Shown here: piece after piece, positions 1 through 9,140 of the stretch
Numbering within the stretch: position 1 is the first letter of the stretch
Layout of the letters: each line of letters begins with the position of its first letter
Source of the DNA: an uncultured Micavibrio sp.
GTDB lineage: Bacteria; Pseudomonadota; Alphaproteobacteria; Micavibrionales; Micavibrionaceae
Length of the DNA: 33,847 bases
Assembly (NCBI GenBank): GCA_964476455.1
Contig: CAYZAR010000001.1
Span: 1-33,847 of the forward strand
Direction: 5' to 3'
Position numbers and translations under genes: made by a program
Notes under the pieces: model-generated
What the model was told of the DNA's origin: nothing
What the model saw: the letters and a program-made list of their open reading frames with translations, nothing else
Databases searched by the model: none

Positions 1-5
1 GGATT

Positions 6-3000
6 GTGATGCGCATTTTCTATCGGCTGACCATTGTTATGCTCGTTGGGCTCCTTTTGGGCTTGATGCCTTTGCACGCCGTCAAAGCCGCAGCAAGTTC
101 TAGCCCGAGTGTTCCCGTAACGACATCCTCTGCAACTTCTCCAACTTCGGCTCCTACACTGGCAGTTCAGCCTACGCCAGTCGTGCCGCCAGTCCGCCTT
201 GCTGCCCCCACCACTCAACCTGTTGCCTCTCCTGCTCCTTCCGATAGTAAAAAATTAGTGGTTGGGAACCTCACATCGAACGTTGATGTTTCCGGTTATG
301 CCTATGTCGTCAAAGATCCTGAAAAAATCCATACTCTTTACTCAATTCTGGATCTCATTAACCGTGGCGAAATTTTGAAATATCCTGTTTCCGGTCCATC
401 CATCAGCCTTGGGCTTAAAGCAGAGCCTCACTGGATTGTGATTCCAATTACAAATATCAGCTCAACCGATCAATGGTCCCTTAGCCTTGGTGGATCTCTA
501 GATGGCCGGATGAGCTATTTGTCTCAGCTCCTTCTTTATAATGGATTTACGCGACAAATGGTGTTCGACACCTTGGAAAACATCTACGATAAGCACCCCA
601 TCCGTTCTTCTTTTCCTGTTACACTAACGAGTGGTCAGTCTTCTTATCTTGTTTTTCAGGTCAAAGGGTCCCCGGGAACTATCTCTTATATTTCTCCGCA
701 TGTTATAAACCCTATCAAAATTGATATGCTTGCCGAGATATACGATCACCTTCTGGGGATTGTACCGCTTGTTGCGGCTATTCTTCTTCTCTCCCTTTAT
801 GCCTCGCTCCGACGGGTCTCTTTTCTTTTTGTTGGGACGGCATGGGTTGTTGTTTTTTGCCACAATTTTATGATTGACCAGTTTATTGTTGTAACCGGAC
901 TCTCTAGCAGCATGATCCCTCCCTTAGCTTGGCTTGTGGTTTCTCTCTTAATCCTTGCCGGTCTCTGGCACTCACCCAATATACATGAAGAACTCCCAAA
1001 ATCACTTTTCCTTGGGGCAGGCTCCGCTTGTTTGATCAGCAGCATTGCTGGAATGGTTTTAATGGTTTCTGCCCCGATTATTGCAGCATTGCTTATGTAT
1101 GCGCCCATTCTCGTTGTTTCAGGCATGATGTTGACGGCTCTTCCTTTTCTGTTATCGGGATACCGGATTCACTTTGGAATAGTTATGTCTGGATTCTTTT
1201 TGGCCTTCATGTCGCTTTGGATTTCCATAATTGCATATGACCTTTTTGTTTTTCCCTCAGTCAGCCTTGAAGTTGGATCATGGCTTCTGGTCGGAGCTGT
1301 TATCTCTTCCACGCTTCCGGTTTTCCAATTATCTAGTCAGGTTGCGCAAGAGTACAGAGGAAACGAAATTGATACAGCTCCCATTCATAAGGCGGCTCAA
1401 CACATCAAAGATGCCAAGGAAATGTCAGAACATCGCCGCCTGATGCAGGTCATTGAGAGCGAACGGAAGATGATGGCCGATATGCAGGTTCAAGAGGCCC
1501 GCCGTACCGAGGCCATGCACAAAGCCAAAGAAGCTGCTGATGAAGCAAACCGTGCCAAGTCTGCTTTTCTGGCAGTCGTTAGCCATGAAATTAGAACTCC
1601 AATGACAGGTATCATGGGCATGGTAAGACTTATGCTTGATACCACTTTGACTAAGGAACAGCGGGAGTTTGCGGGAACCATTCAAGACTCTGGCGAAGCT
1701 CTTCTCGCTTTGCTGAATGATATCTTGGACTTTGAAAAAATTGAAAGCGGCAAGATGGAGTTGGAAAACGTTAGCTTTGATCTTCCCCGCCTTGTCCGTG
1801 GGGTGCAAACCTTAATGGGAGGACACGCTGCCTCGAAGGGTGTGGAGATTCAGCTTGAAATGGATCCTCATGTTCCCCTCTTTGTTCGCGGCGATCCTAC
1901 CCGTTTGCGCCAAGTTCTTTTGAACCTTGTCAATAACGCCGTCAAATTTACCTCCAAGGGAACCGTCTATATCCGAATCCGCGACTTGACCGGAGAAGGA
2001 AGCGACAACAATGGAACTTATCAAGTTTACTTTGCGGTTCAAGATTCTGGGATTGGGATCAGCCCAGAAGCCCAGAAAAAGTTGTTCATGCCTTTCGCGC
2101 AAGCCGATTCAAGTATCAGTCGGAAATATGGTGGGACAGGTCTTGGTCTTGCTATTTGCCGCCGCCTAATTGAGGCAATGGGGGGAGCAATTAACATCAG
2201 CAGTAAAGAAGGGGAAGGAACAACCTTCTTCTTCACTTTGAAAATGTTCCCGGGCGTTGAGGATCTCTCAGAATCATCCAGCACAACTTTGTCTTCCTCC
2301 TCTATTCCTCAGTTTAGAAAGAAACTTTCAGTTCTGGTTGTCGATGATAATGGCATCAACCAGAAAGTCCTGAGCAGCATGATTGAGCGATATAACCACT
2401 CGGTTAAAACTGCCAGCAACGGCCAAGAAGCCCTCGATAGAGTTTCGACCGACTTGTTTGACTTAATCTTCATGGACATTGAACTTCCAGACATGAACGG
2501 ATTGGACGTCACCCGCCATATCCGTGATCTTCCCGTACCCAGAAAAGCGAACACCCCCATCGTTGCCTTGACCGGAAACGTGGCCTCCGAAGACGTGAAA
2601 GCGTGCTTTGAGGCCGGAATGAACGATTTTCTAGGCAAGCCAATTTCGCCAGAAAAACTACAAGACATTCTGCTAAAAGCTGATCGGCAAGGGAAGTTTG
2701 CCAACCAACCAGGCACGTTCCTTGAAGACCCTCAACCTTCACCTTCATCTTCATCTTCCCTTCACCGAGAGTCAGGAACACAAAATCCCTCTCTTTCTGC
2801 TTCTCTTCCTGATCTGGAATTCGAATCTCCTGATGATATTGATACCGAAACAGCTGTAATGCTTCTCAGCAATATCCCCTTAGAGGCTGAACAAGATGAT
2901 GAGGAGGAAGACTCTTTCTCTCTCGCTGTTAGAAAGTTTGAGCAGGCCGAGAAAGAGGGCGCGCAAACACCTTTAGCCTCCCCCAAACCTGTCTCAGGCA

Positions 3001-3353
3001 GTTTGATTGATTATGGCTTGGACGAGCCGATGATTAAGTCCTTCTTGGTTAGCCTTGGAAAAGATCAGACCCTTTCCCTTCTTGATGGATTCCACGAGAA
3101 GGCCCATGAGCTGGTAACCTCCATTGGTCACAGTTTTCTTGAAAACGACATGGGTGTCCTTGCCGCTCGGGCCCACGAGCTCAAAGGAATGGCGGGGAAT
3201 TTCGGATTCACAGAAATTTCTGCTCTTTCCGCCCGCATCGAAAGAGCCGCCAAAATGAACGTGCCAGATGACCTGAAAGACCCCGTCGAGAAGTTGGCCG
3301 ACAGCTACGCTGTGGCCAACACTCAACTCAAAATATGGTTAGACCGCCAGTAG
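6..3353 (+). CDS. Hybrid sensor histidine kinase / response regulator with C-terminal HPt domain and a multi-TM (7TMR-DISM-like) sensor
   Basis: 1115-aa ORF. Signal-like N-terminus, then an S/P/T/A-rich stretch, an extracytoplasmic segment and about 7 hydrophobic helices (aa ~245-440). Coiled coil, then H-box [13 protein letters not shown]; ATPase boxes [28 protein letters not shown]; receiver VLVVDDN...[11 protein letters not shown]...GKP; HPt motif [12 protein letters not shown]. Start is GTG 6 or ATG 9; upstream is cut by the window edge. Confidence 0.9.
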   Translation: MMRIFYRLTIVMLVGLLLGLMPLHAVKAAASSSPSVPVTTSSATSPTSAPTLAVQPTPVVPPVRLAAPTTQPVASPAPSDSKKLVVGNLTSNVDVSGYAYVVKDPEKIHTLYSILDLINRGEILKYPVSGPSISLGLKAEPHWIVIPITNISSTDQWSLSLGGSLDGRMSYLSQLLLYNGFTRQMVFDTLENIYDKHPIRSSFPVTLTSGQSSYLVFQVKGSPGTISYISPHVINPIKIDMLAEIYDHLLGIVPLVAAILLLSLYASLRRVSFLFVGTAWVVVFCHNFMIDQFIVVTGLSSSMIPPLAWLVVSLLILAGLWHSPNIHEELPKSLFLGAGSACLISSIAGMVLMVSAPIIAALLMYAPILVVSGMMLTALPFLLSGYRIHFGIVMSGFFLAFMSLWISIIAYDLFVFPSVSLEVGSWLLVGAVISSTLPVFQLSSQVAQEYRGNEIDTAPIHKAAQHIKDAKEMSEHRRLMQVIESERKMMADMQVQEARRTEAMHKAKEAADEANRAKSAFLAVVSHEIRTPMTGIMGMVRLMLDTTLTKEQREFAGTIQDSGEALLALLNDILDFEKIESGKMELENVSFDLPRLVRGVQTLMGGHAASKGVEIQLEMDPHVPLFVRGDPTRLRQVLLNLVNNAVKFTSKGTVYIRIRDLTGEGSDNNGTYQVYFAVQDSGIGISPEAQKKLFMPFAQADSSISRKYGGTGLGLAICRRLIEAMGGAINISSKEGEGTTFFFTLKMFPGVEDLSESSSTTLSSSSIPQFRKKLSVLVVDDNGINQKVLSSMIERYNHSVKTASNGQEALDRVSTDLFDLIFMDIELPDMNGLDVTRHIRDLPVPRKANTPIVALTGNVASEDVKACFEAGMNDFLGKPISPEKLQDILLKADRQGKFANQPGTFLEDPQPSPSSSSSLHRESGTQNPSLSASLPDLEFESPDDIDTETAVMLLSNIPLEAEQDDEEEDSFSLAVRKFEQAEKEGAQTPLASPKPVSGSLIDYGLDEPMIKSFLVSLGKDQTLSLLDGFHEKAHELVTSIGHSFLENDMGVLAARAHELKGMAGNFGFTEISALSARIERAAKMNVPDDLKDPVEKLADSYAVANTQLKIWLDRQ

Positions 3354-3357
3354 CGAT

Positions 3358-3780
3358 CTACCCAACGATTTCAGTCCCGCTGAAGAAATAAGCCATTTCA
3401 ATTGCCGCGTTTTCAACACTGTCTGACCCGTGAACCGAGTTGGCTTCAACACTCTCGGCAAAATCCTTGCGAATTGTTCCGTCTGCCGCGTTGGCCGGAT
3501 TGGTTGCCCCCATAATTTCACGGTTTTTGGCAACGGCCTCTTCTCCTTCGAGAATTTGCACGACCACCGGACCCGAAATCATGAACTGAACGAGATCATT
3601 ATAAAAGGGACGAGCCTTATGGACTTCATAAAAAGTTTTAGCTTGAAGCTCGGTCATTTGAATCCGTTTTTGAGCCACAATCCGCAAACCGTTTTGTTCA
3701 AAACGGGCGTTAATCGCCCCCGTCAAATTACGGCGAGTCGCGTCAGGCTTGATAATCGAAAAGGTCCGTTGAATGGCCAT
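3358..3780 (-). CDS. ndk: Nucleoside diphosphate kinase
   Basis: 140-aa [17 protein letters not shown]..., active-site region NSVHGSDS, typical length. Confidence 0.95.
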   Translation of the reverse strand: MAIQRTFSIIKPDATRRNLTGAINARFEQNGLRIVAQKRIQMTELQAKTFYEVHKARPFYNDLVQFMISGPVVVQILEGEEAVAKNREIMGATNPANAADGTIRKDFAESVEANSVHGSDSVENAAIEMAYFFSGTEIVG

Positions 3781-3914
3781 GTAAAATTTCCTCTATGTAT
3801 AATTTTAAGCGTACTGATTGTCAGTCAGCGCGGTTATACGAGCGAAACCCACCCGAGGCAAGAGAGTTTGCTTTTTAGAGGCCTCAAATTTACATATCTT
3901 AAAAAACCAAGAGC

Positions 3915-6608
3915 TTAGGCTGCCTTTCTCTTCTCATCTTTTTTTTGAGAGAGTTTCAACGCCGCCTGCGCCGCTGCGAGACGGGCAATCGGAACGCGAT
4001 ACGGAGAACAAGACACATAATCAAGGCCTACCTTCTCACAAAAGGCAATCGAATCCGGATCGCCGCCATGTTCCCCGCAAATCCCGAGTTTCAGATCAGG
4101 CTTTGCCAAACGTCCTCGGTCAGATGCTATTTCAATCAATTGCCCCACCCCTTCTTGATCGATACTGACAAACGGGTCTTTGGCAAAAATTCCCTTTTCG
4201 ACATAGATTGGCAGGAATGATCCGGCATCATCGCGGCTCATTCCCAAAGTTGTTTGCGTGAGGTCATTGGTACCAAAGCTAAAAAACGCAGCCTCTTCTG
4301 CAATATCCCCCGCCATCAACGCCGCCCTTGGCAATTCAATCATAGTTCCCACAGAATAGGAAAGCCGCCTCCCTGCTTTGATAAATTCTTCATCCGCGAC
4401 TTTGTCGGTCATGTCTTTCAGTCTCTTCAGCTCAACCTTGGTCGCAATCAAAGGGATCATGATTTCAGGCATCACGCTTTCCCCTGAAGATTTTGAAACA
4501 TCAAGAGCGGCCTCAAAGATTGCTTTAACTTGCATCTCATAAATTTCTGGATAGGTAATCCCAAGACGACATCCCCGATGACCAAGCATCGGATTGGCTT
4601 CTTTCAGTTCAGACAAACGACGACGAACTCTTTCTTCGGAATAACCAGAGAGTTTAATAAACTGTTCAATCTCCCTCGGTTCATGAGGCAGGAACTCGTG
4701 TAAGGGAGGATCAAGCAAGCGAACTGTCACCGGCAATCCCTTCATGATCGTGAACAACTCGATAAAATCACTCCGCTGCGCCGGAAGAAGTTGAGTCAAA
4801 GCATTCCGCCGCTCCTCTTCTGATTCTGCAAAGATCATTTCACGAACATTTTGAATGCGCTGAGGGTCAAAGAACATATGTTCCGTTCGGCATAACCCAA
4901 TGCCCTCTGCCCCAAAGTTTCTAGCCGTTGTGGCATCTTTGGGAGTTTCAGCATTGGCGCGTACACCTAAACGCCGCGCCTTATCCGCCCATTCCATGAT
5001 CGTTGCAAAATCTCCCGAGAGCTGCGGAGGAAGGGTTGGAACACCTCCCTTGATGACCTCTCCTTTGGCCCCATCAAGAGTGATAACATCCCCTTCCTTC
5101 AACTCGATCCCTCCCGAGCGCAAGGTACGGCTATCCATATCAATTTGAATTCCTCCTGCACCCGCCACGCAAGGACGCCCCATCCCCCGCGCAACAACGG
5201 CTGCGTGCGAAGTCATGCCTCCTCGTGTTGTCAAAATACCTCGTGCTGCGTGCATTCCGTGAATATCTTCGGGTGAGGTTTCAACCCGTACCAAAATAAC
5301 ATTCGCGCCGCTTTTTGCTTTTTCTTCCGCCTCGTCGGCTGTAAAAACAATCATTCCGCTGGCGGCCCCGGGCGAAGCTGGCAACCCTTTGCCGATGACT
5401 TCTTTTTTCGCTTTGGGATCCAGCATAGGATGCAATAACTGGTCAAGTGCTGCCGGATCAAGCCGCAAGATTGCTTCCTCTTGAGAAAGTAATCCTTCGC
5501 TGACCATGTCCACAGCAATTTTAAGAGCTGCCGCCGCTGTTCGTTTTCCGGTCCGTGTTTGCAGCATATACAACTTCCCTTGCTGCACCGTGAATTCAAT
5601 ATCCTGCATCTCGCGGTAGTGATGTTCAAGTTTGTGACGCACATCATCGAGCTGAACATAAACGCTCGGCATAACTTCTTCCATAGACGGTAAAGAGCCT
5701 TGTTCCTTTGCGCCCGCGTATTTGGATAGAGGTTGAGGAGTCCGAATACCGGCTACTACATCTTCGCCTTGAGCATTTACCAAATATTCTCCATAGAAAT
5801 AATTCTCGCCCGTGGATGGGTCACGGGTAAAGGCCACACCGGTCGCACAGCTTTCCCCCATATTGCCAAAGACCATTGCCTGCACATTGACAGCGGTTCC
5901 CCACCCTTCGGGAATGCTGTGAATTTTACGATACGTCACCGCCCGTGGGGTCATCCATGAAGCAAACACAGCGCGGATTGCCTCCCATAATTGTTCCTCA
6001 GGACTTTCAGGAAAACTCCGTCCCAATTCGCGCTGAACCATATCTTTATAGTCTGCAACAACTTCGCGCCACCCCTTGGCCGTTATGTCCGTATCCTCGC
6101 TTATACCTTGGTCGCGTTTATGTGCGTCCATAATAGCTTCGAAAGAGTGGTGAGGCACATTCAAAACAACATCACTATACATCTGGATGAAACGGCGATA
6201 ACTGTCCCACGCAAACCGCTCATCCCCCGACTTGCGAGCCAGCCCCTCAACAGTCCGGTCATTCAGTCCAAGATTGAGAACCGTATCCATCATCCCGGGC
6301 ATAGAAACTCGTGCCCCCGAACGAACTGATAAAAGCAGAGGGTTTTCTGGATCACCAAACTTCATTTGCGTAGCCCGTTCAACGGCGGCCAAAGCCGAAC
6401 GAACTTCTTCGTGGAGTGTTTCGGGATAGGTTCCGGCCTTCTCGTAATAGAGCGTACAAACTTCGGTTGTGATGGTAAACCCGGGAGGGACTGGAAGGCC
6501 GAGGGAGGCCATCTCGGCAAGGTTTGCCCCTTTCCCGCCTAAAAGGTTTTTCATGGAGCCACGCCCTTCCGTGCGTTCCCCGCCAAAGCTGTAAACCCAT
6601 TGTGTCAT
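3915..6608 (-). CDS. ppdK: Pyruvate, phosphate dikinase
   Basis: 897-aa ORF. N-terminal GGKGANLAEM ATP-grasp motif, phosphohistidine motif GGMTSHAAVVARGMG, C-terminal PEP/pyruvate domain GICGEHGGDP. Confidence 0.95.
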   Translation of the reverse strand: MTQWVYSFGGERTEGRGSMKNLLGGKGANLAEMASLGLPVPPGFTITTEVCTLYYEKAGTYPETLHEEVRSALAAVERATQMKFGDPENPLLLSVRSGARVSMPGMMDTVLNLGLNDRTVEGLARKSGDERFAWDSYRRFIQMYSDVVLNVPHHSFEAIMDAHKRDQGISEDTDITAKGWREVVADYKDMVQRELGRSFPESPEEQLWEAIRAVFASWMTPRAVTYRKIHSIPEGWGTAVNVQAMVFGNMGESCATGVAFTRDPSTGENYFYGEYLVNAQGEDVVAGIRTPQPLSKYAGAKEQGSLPSMEEVMPSVYVQLDDVRHKLEHHYREMQDIEFTVQQGKLYMLQTRTGKRTAAAALKIAVDMVSEGLLSQEEAILRLDPAALDQLLHPMLDPKAKKEVIGKGLPASPGAASGMIVFTADEAEEKAKSGANVILVRVETSPEDIHGMHAARGILTTRGGMTSHAAVVARGMGRPCVAGAGGIQIDMDSRTLRSGGIELKEGDVITLDGAKGEVIKGGVPTLPPQLSGDFATIMEWADKARRLGVRANAETPKDATTARNFGAEGIGLCRTEHMFFDPQRIQNVREMIFAESEEERRNALTQLLPAQRSDFIELFTIMKGLPVTVRLLDPPLHEFLPHEPREIEQFIKLSGYSEERVRRRLSELKEANPMLGHRGCRLGITYPEIYEMQVKAIFEAALDVSKSSGESVMPEIMIPLIATKVELKRLKDMTDKVADEEFIKAGRRLSYSVGTMIELPRAALMAGDIAEEAAFFSFGTNDLTQTTLGMSRDDAGSFLPIYVEKGIFAKDPFVSIDQEGVGQLIEIASDRGRLAKPDLKLGICGEHGGDPDSIAFCEKVGLDYVSCSPYRVPIARLAAAQAALKLSQKKDEKRKAA

Positions 6609-6725
6609 GCTGCTGCCTCCCGTGTGAGTGATGGGAGTAGACTACCCGTTTTATGACCACAGGTCCAAGATGATTTTTAGGAAAGAAGAAATATAATGGA
6701 GGAGCAATTCTAAAAACCTATTTTC

Positions 6726-6860
6726 CGGTCATCCCGTTGGCGTGTCCCGCAGGGACACTAGCACGAACGGGATCCAGAATCTCGTGCAGCCTCGCTGCAC
6801 TCATATACCAGATCCCCGATCTATGGTCAGCTTTGCTTGCCTTGGATAACGGGTTAGAAG
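6726..6860. repeat. Intergenic multi-hairpin element (candidate palindromic repeat / MITE-like or structured RNA)
   Basis: Outer stem ATCCCGTT (6731-6738) / AACGGGAT (6766-6773) encloses a perfect hairpin GTGTCCC-gca-GGGACAC (6742-6758). A second perfect hairpin GTGCAGC-ctc-GCTGCAC lies at 6784-6800, followed by AGATC-ccc-GATCT. No ORF. Lies between ppdK start and fliE stop. Confidence 0.4.
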
Positions 6861-6878
6861 TGTTTTGAGGACAAAGCT

Positions 6879-7196
6879 CTAAATTGGCATTTGAATGACC
6901 TTGTTATAGGCATCCAAAGCTTGATCGCGGATAGCCACCACTTGGTCCAGAGTAATCCGCGCTGCGGTCAAGGCCTGCGTCACCGCTAGAGGGTCCATTT
7001 TTCCCGTAATCCCAGCCGCCGAAGCCTTCTCACCGCTTCGGATTGTATCAATAGCCGAGCGTGTGGCTTGTTCAAGCATATCCCCGAAGGGGGTTGCGGC
7101 AACGGACGGGGCCTCTCCACCGCTGAGACTGGCCGTCTTGGCCATATTAGAGTACGCTTTTGCCGCTGCAACCGGATTAGAGACCACATCAACCAT
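6879..7196 (-). CDS. fliE: Flagellar hook-basal body complex protein FliE
   Basis: 105-aa ORF. FGDMLEQA... and C-terminal ...LDAYNKVIQMPI are typical of FliE. CAGGAG SD upstream; follows flgB-flgC. Confidence 0.85.
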   Translation of the reverse strand: MVDVVSNPVAAAKAYSNMAKTASLSGGEAPSVAATPFGDMLEQATRSAIDTIRSGEKASAAGITGKMDPLAVTQALTAARITLDQVVAIRDQALDAYNKVIQMPI

Positions 7197-7234
7197 TCCG
7201 AAACTCCTGTCTTTCTATTCTAACACAAGCTGCC

Positions 7235-7648
7235 CTATTCCAGCAAGCTGATGGTCTTGTTAATCATGTCACGGGTTTGACTAAACATCCCCAGATTGGC
7301 CTCGTAAGACCGCCCGGCCTCTTTCATGTCCATTGATTCAATCAACGAATTGACATTAGGCATCGTAACATAGCCATCTGCATCTGCCCCCGGGTGGCCT
7401 GGCATATATTTTTTCTGGTACGCGCTCTTTGTATCGTCTTGAATGTCCTTCACTTTAACCAATTTTTCATGAATATGACGATCCAGAACATTCTCAAAAG
7501 TAATCGTTTTGCGCGTGTAAGGCTTTTCGCCTGGTTTGGTCGGAGCCGTGTCGGCATTGGCCATATTTTCAGCAATTACTCGCACCCGCTCACTTTGTGC
7601 CCGCATTCCCGAACCTGAAACTTGTAGGATGCTCATCATATCTGACAT
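7235..7648 (-). CDS. flgC: Flagellar basal-body rod protein FlgC
   Basis: 137-aa ORF. N-terminal rod motif SGSGMRAQSERVRVIAENMANADT; C-terminal SYEANLGMFSQTRDMINKTISLL. Confidence 0.9.
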   Translation of the reverse strand: MSDMMSILQVSGSGMRAQSERVRVIAENMANADTAPTKPGEKPYTRKTITFENVLDRHIHEKLVKVKDIQDDTKSAYQKKYMPGHPGADADGYVTMPNVNSLIESMDMKEAGRSYEANLGMFSQTRDMINKTISLLE

Positions 7649-7667
7649 GGTTTATTTCTCCCCGTTC

Positions 7668-8078
7668 TTATTTCTTGCCCATTGCGGTCCGAATCATATC
7701 GACGTTGCTGCGATACAGATTCACCATCATGTTGTAATTTAACTGAACATCGTTGGATTTCATCAACTGCTCTTCCATGATGACTCCGTTGCCGCTAGGG
7801 GCGACTTCATAGGTCCGCTTTTGGACCTGCTCCCGCGTGGAGGCGGCATTATTCAGAGGGAAATGAGAATCATTTGTTGTAACCATCTGAACCGATGGTG
7901 CTTTTTCCTTGGTGACGTTGGTCAAGAGCCTACCGAAGTCAACTTTCTCCAGATCTTTAGGCTGATAGCCCGGGGTGTCCGCATTCGCAACATTCTGTGA
8001 AATAACTTTCTGCCGCTGGGACAAATAGTTCATTTTTGCGTTCATGGCCTGAAAAAGGCTGATATTTTCAATTGTCAT
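7668..8078 (-). CDS. flgB: Flagellar basal-body rod protein FlgB
   Basis: 136-aa ORF. LSQRQKVISQNVANADTPGYQPKD motif; position upstream of flgC. Confidence 0.85.
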   Translation of the reverse strand: MTIENISLFQAMNAKMNYLSQRQKVISQNVANADTPGYQPKDLEKVDFGRLLTNVTKEKAPSVQMVTTNDSHFPLNNAASTREQVQKRTYEVAPSGNGVIMEEQLMKSNDVQLNYNMMVNLYRSNVDMIRTAMGKK

Positions 8079-8130
8079 GACCCATATCCTTGTGTTTTTC
8101 TTTTAGGACAACTTACCCACACAGACTCCT

Positions 8131-8146
8131 TGCAGGTCCTATGCCA
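8131..8146 (-). promoter_or_regulatory. Candidate sigma-54 (-24/-12) promoter for flgB-flgC-fliE
   Basis: Minus strand reads TGGCAT-aggac-CTGCA, with GG and GC at the correct 10-nt spacing and two mismatches to TGGCAC-N5-TTGCA. The -12 element lies about 53 nt upstream of the flgB ATG (8078). Confidence 0.5.
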
Positions 8147-8572
8147 AACCCTCCTCCTTCCGATCTTGGCCCTTCTTCCTCTTTTGACCAGCTCGACACT
8201 GGCGAAACGCCTACCCCGCCGCCAGAAAACATCAAGAAAAAACCCAGAAACCCGACAGCTATTGCCATTACAGCCTCTGAAGATGGGCAAAAAATTCCTA
8301 GAATCTCGGCAGCTGGACGCGGAAAAATTGCGGAACAAATTCTGGACCTTGCCTTTGCCAATGGTATTAAAGTCCGTGAAGATTCCGCCCTTGCCGAAAT
8401 GCTGGCCAAAATTGAGTTGGATAGCCCTATCCCATCGGAAACCTTTCTTGCCGTGGCTGAGATTCTCTCCTATGTTTACAGGGCCAATGGTGAGCCAAAC
8501 CCATTTGACGCGATTTTAAGTTCTGAAGCGTCTCTGCTTGACAAGGAAACTTCTTCACAGGAAACCCCATGA
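8141..8572 (+). CDS. Stand-alone FlhB C-terminal-domain-like protein (EscU/YscU/FlhB_C, YlqH-type)
   Basis: C-terminal 85 aa, AIAITASEDGQKIPRISAAGRGKIAEQILDLAFANGIKVREDSALAEMLAKIELDSPIPSETFLAVAEILSYVY, match the FlhB cytoplasmic-domain pattern without NPTH. The N-terminus is Pro-rich. ATG 8141 is preferred over TTG 8090. Confidence 0.7.
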   Translation: MPNPPPSDLGPSSSFDQLDTGETPTPPPENIKKKPRNPTAIAITASEDGQKIPRISAAGRGKIAEQILDLAFANGIKVREDSALAEMLAKIELDSPIPSETFLAVAEILSYVYRANGEPNPFDAILSSEASLLDKETSSQETP

Positions 8573-8850
8573 CCTCATCCTTTCTCGACCGTCTGAAAGC
8601 TGAAATTGATAAGCTTGAGCAAGCCCAGACCAAACTGGAACAAGGCGAGATTATGGATTTTGAGGAAATCAAGGGACGTGTTGCCGCCCTGTGTGAGGAC
8701 ATAACCCGCAATCCACCCTCCCAAGATGCGCAAGAACTTGAAGAAACCCTCAACAAAATGGGGGATCTTATCGCCATTCTTGATTCTCTCACCGCGCAGC
8801 TAAAAGATATTCAAGCGATTGTAAATGCCACAGAGGACTTTTCCGAATGA
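8569..8850 (+). CDS. Hypothetical small acidic coiled-coil protein in the fliO-fliP operon
   Basis: 93-aa ORF. Its start overlaps the upstream stop (ATGA at 8569-8572) and its stop overlaps the fliO start (ATGA at 8847-8850). I recognise no family. Confidence 0.55.
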   Translation: MTSSFLDRLKAEIDKLEQAQTKLEQGEIMDFEEIKGRVAALCEDITRNPPSQDAQELEETLNKMGDLIAILDSLTAQLKDIQAIVNATEDFSE

Positions 8851-9140
8851 TCTGGACCGATTATCTTCGCTTTGTCATGGCCCTTCTTTTCGTGCTGGCC
8901 CTTATGGGGGGGCTTTGGCTTCTGCTGCGCCGCCTTGGACTGCAATCTTCCGTTTTGAATGCGCATCAAAGACGATTGAATGTCGTTGAAATTCTCCCTC
9001 TTGATGCCAGAAGGAAGGCAATCCTTTTGGCGCGTGACAATGTTCAGCATCTTGTTATTCTAGGACCAAATGGAGAAACCGTTGTTGAAACCGCTATTTC
9101 CCCTCCGCACGAGATACCAAAAAATGACCCGCCTGTTTAA
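8847..9140 (+). CDS. fliO: Flagellar biosynthesis protein FliO
   Basis: 97-aa ORF. Single N-terminal TM (FVMALLFVLALMGGLWLLL), then LNVVEILPLDARRKAILLARDNVQHLVILGPNG, typical of FliO. Immediately upstream of and overlapping fliP. Confidence 0.7.
   Translation: MIWTDYLRFVMALLFVLALMGGLWLLLRRLGLQSSVLNAHQRRLNVVEILPLDARRKAILLARDNVQHLVILGPNGETVVETAISPPHEIPKNDPPV

Noticed and set aside
3430-3918. 162-aa plus-strand ORF
   Set aside because: It overlaps ndk in antisense and runs through the ndk-ppdK spacer. It has no SD and no recognisable motif.
9070-9123. N-terminal extensions offered by the ORF track for fliP (9070), the TPR protein (15025-15072) and alaS (33601-33702)
   Set aside because: Internal ATGs give canonical N-termini: a signal peptide for FliP and the TPR protein, and [12 protein letters not shown] for AlaRS. 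The extensions have no homology-like features and, for fliP, overlap fliO heavily.
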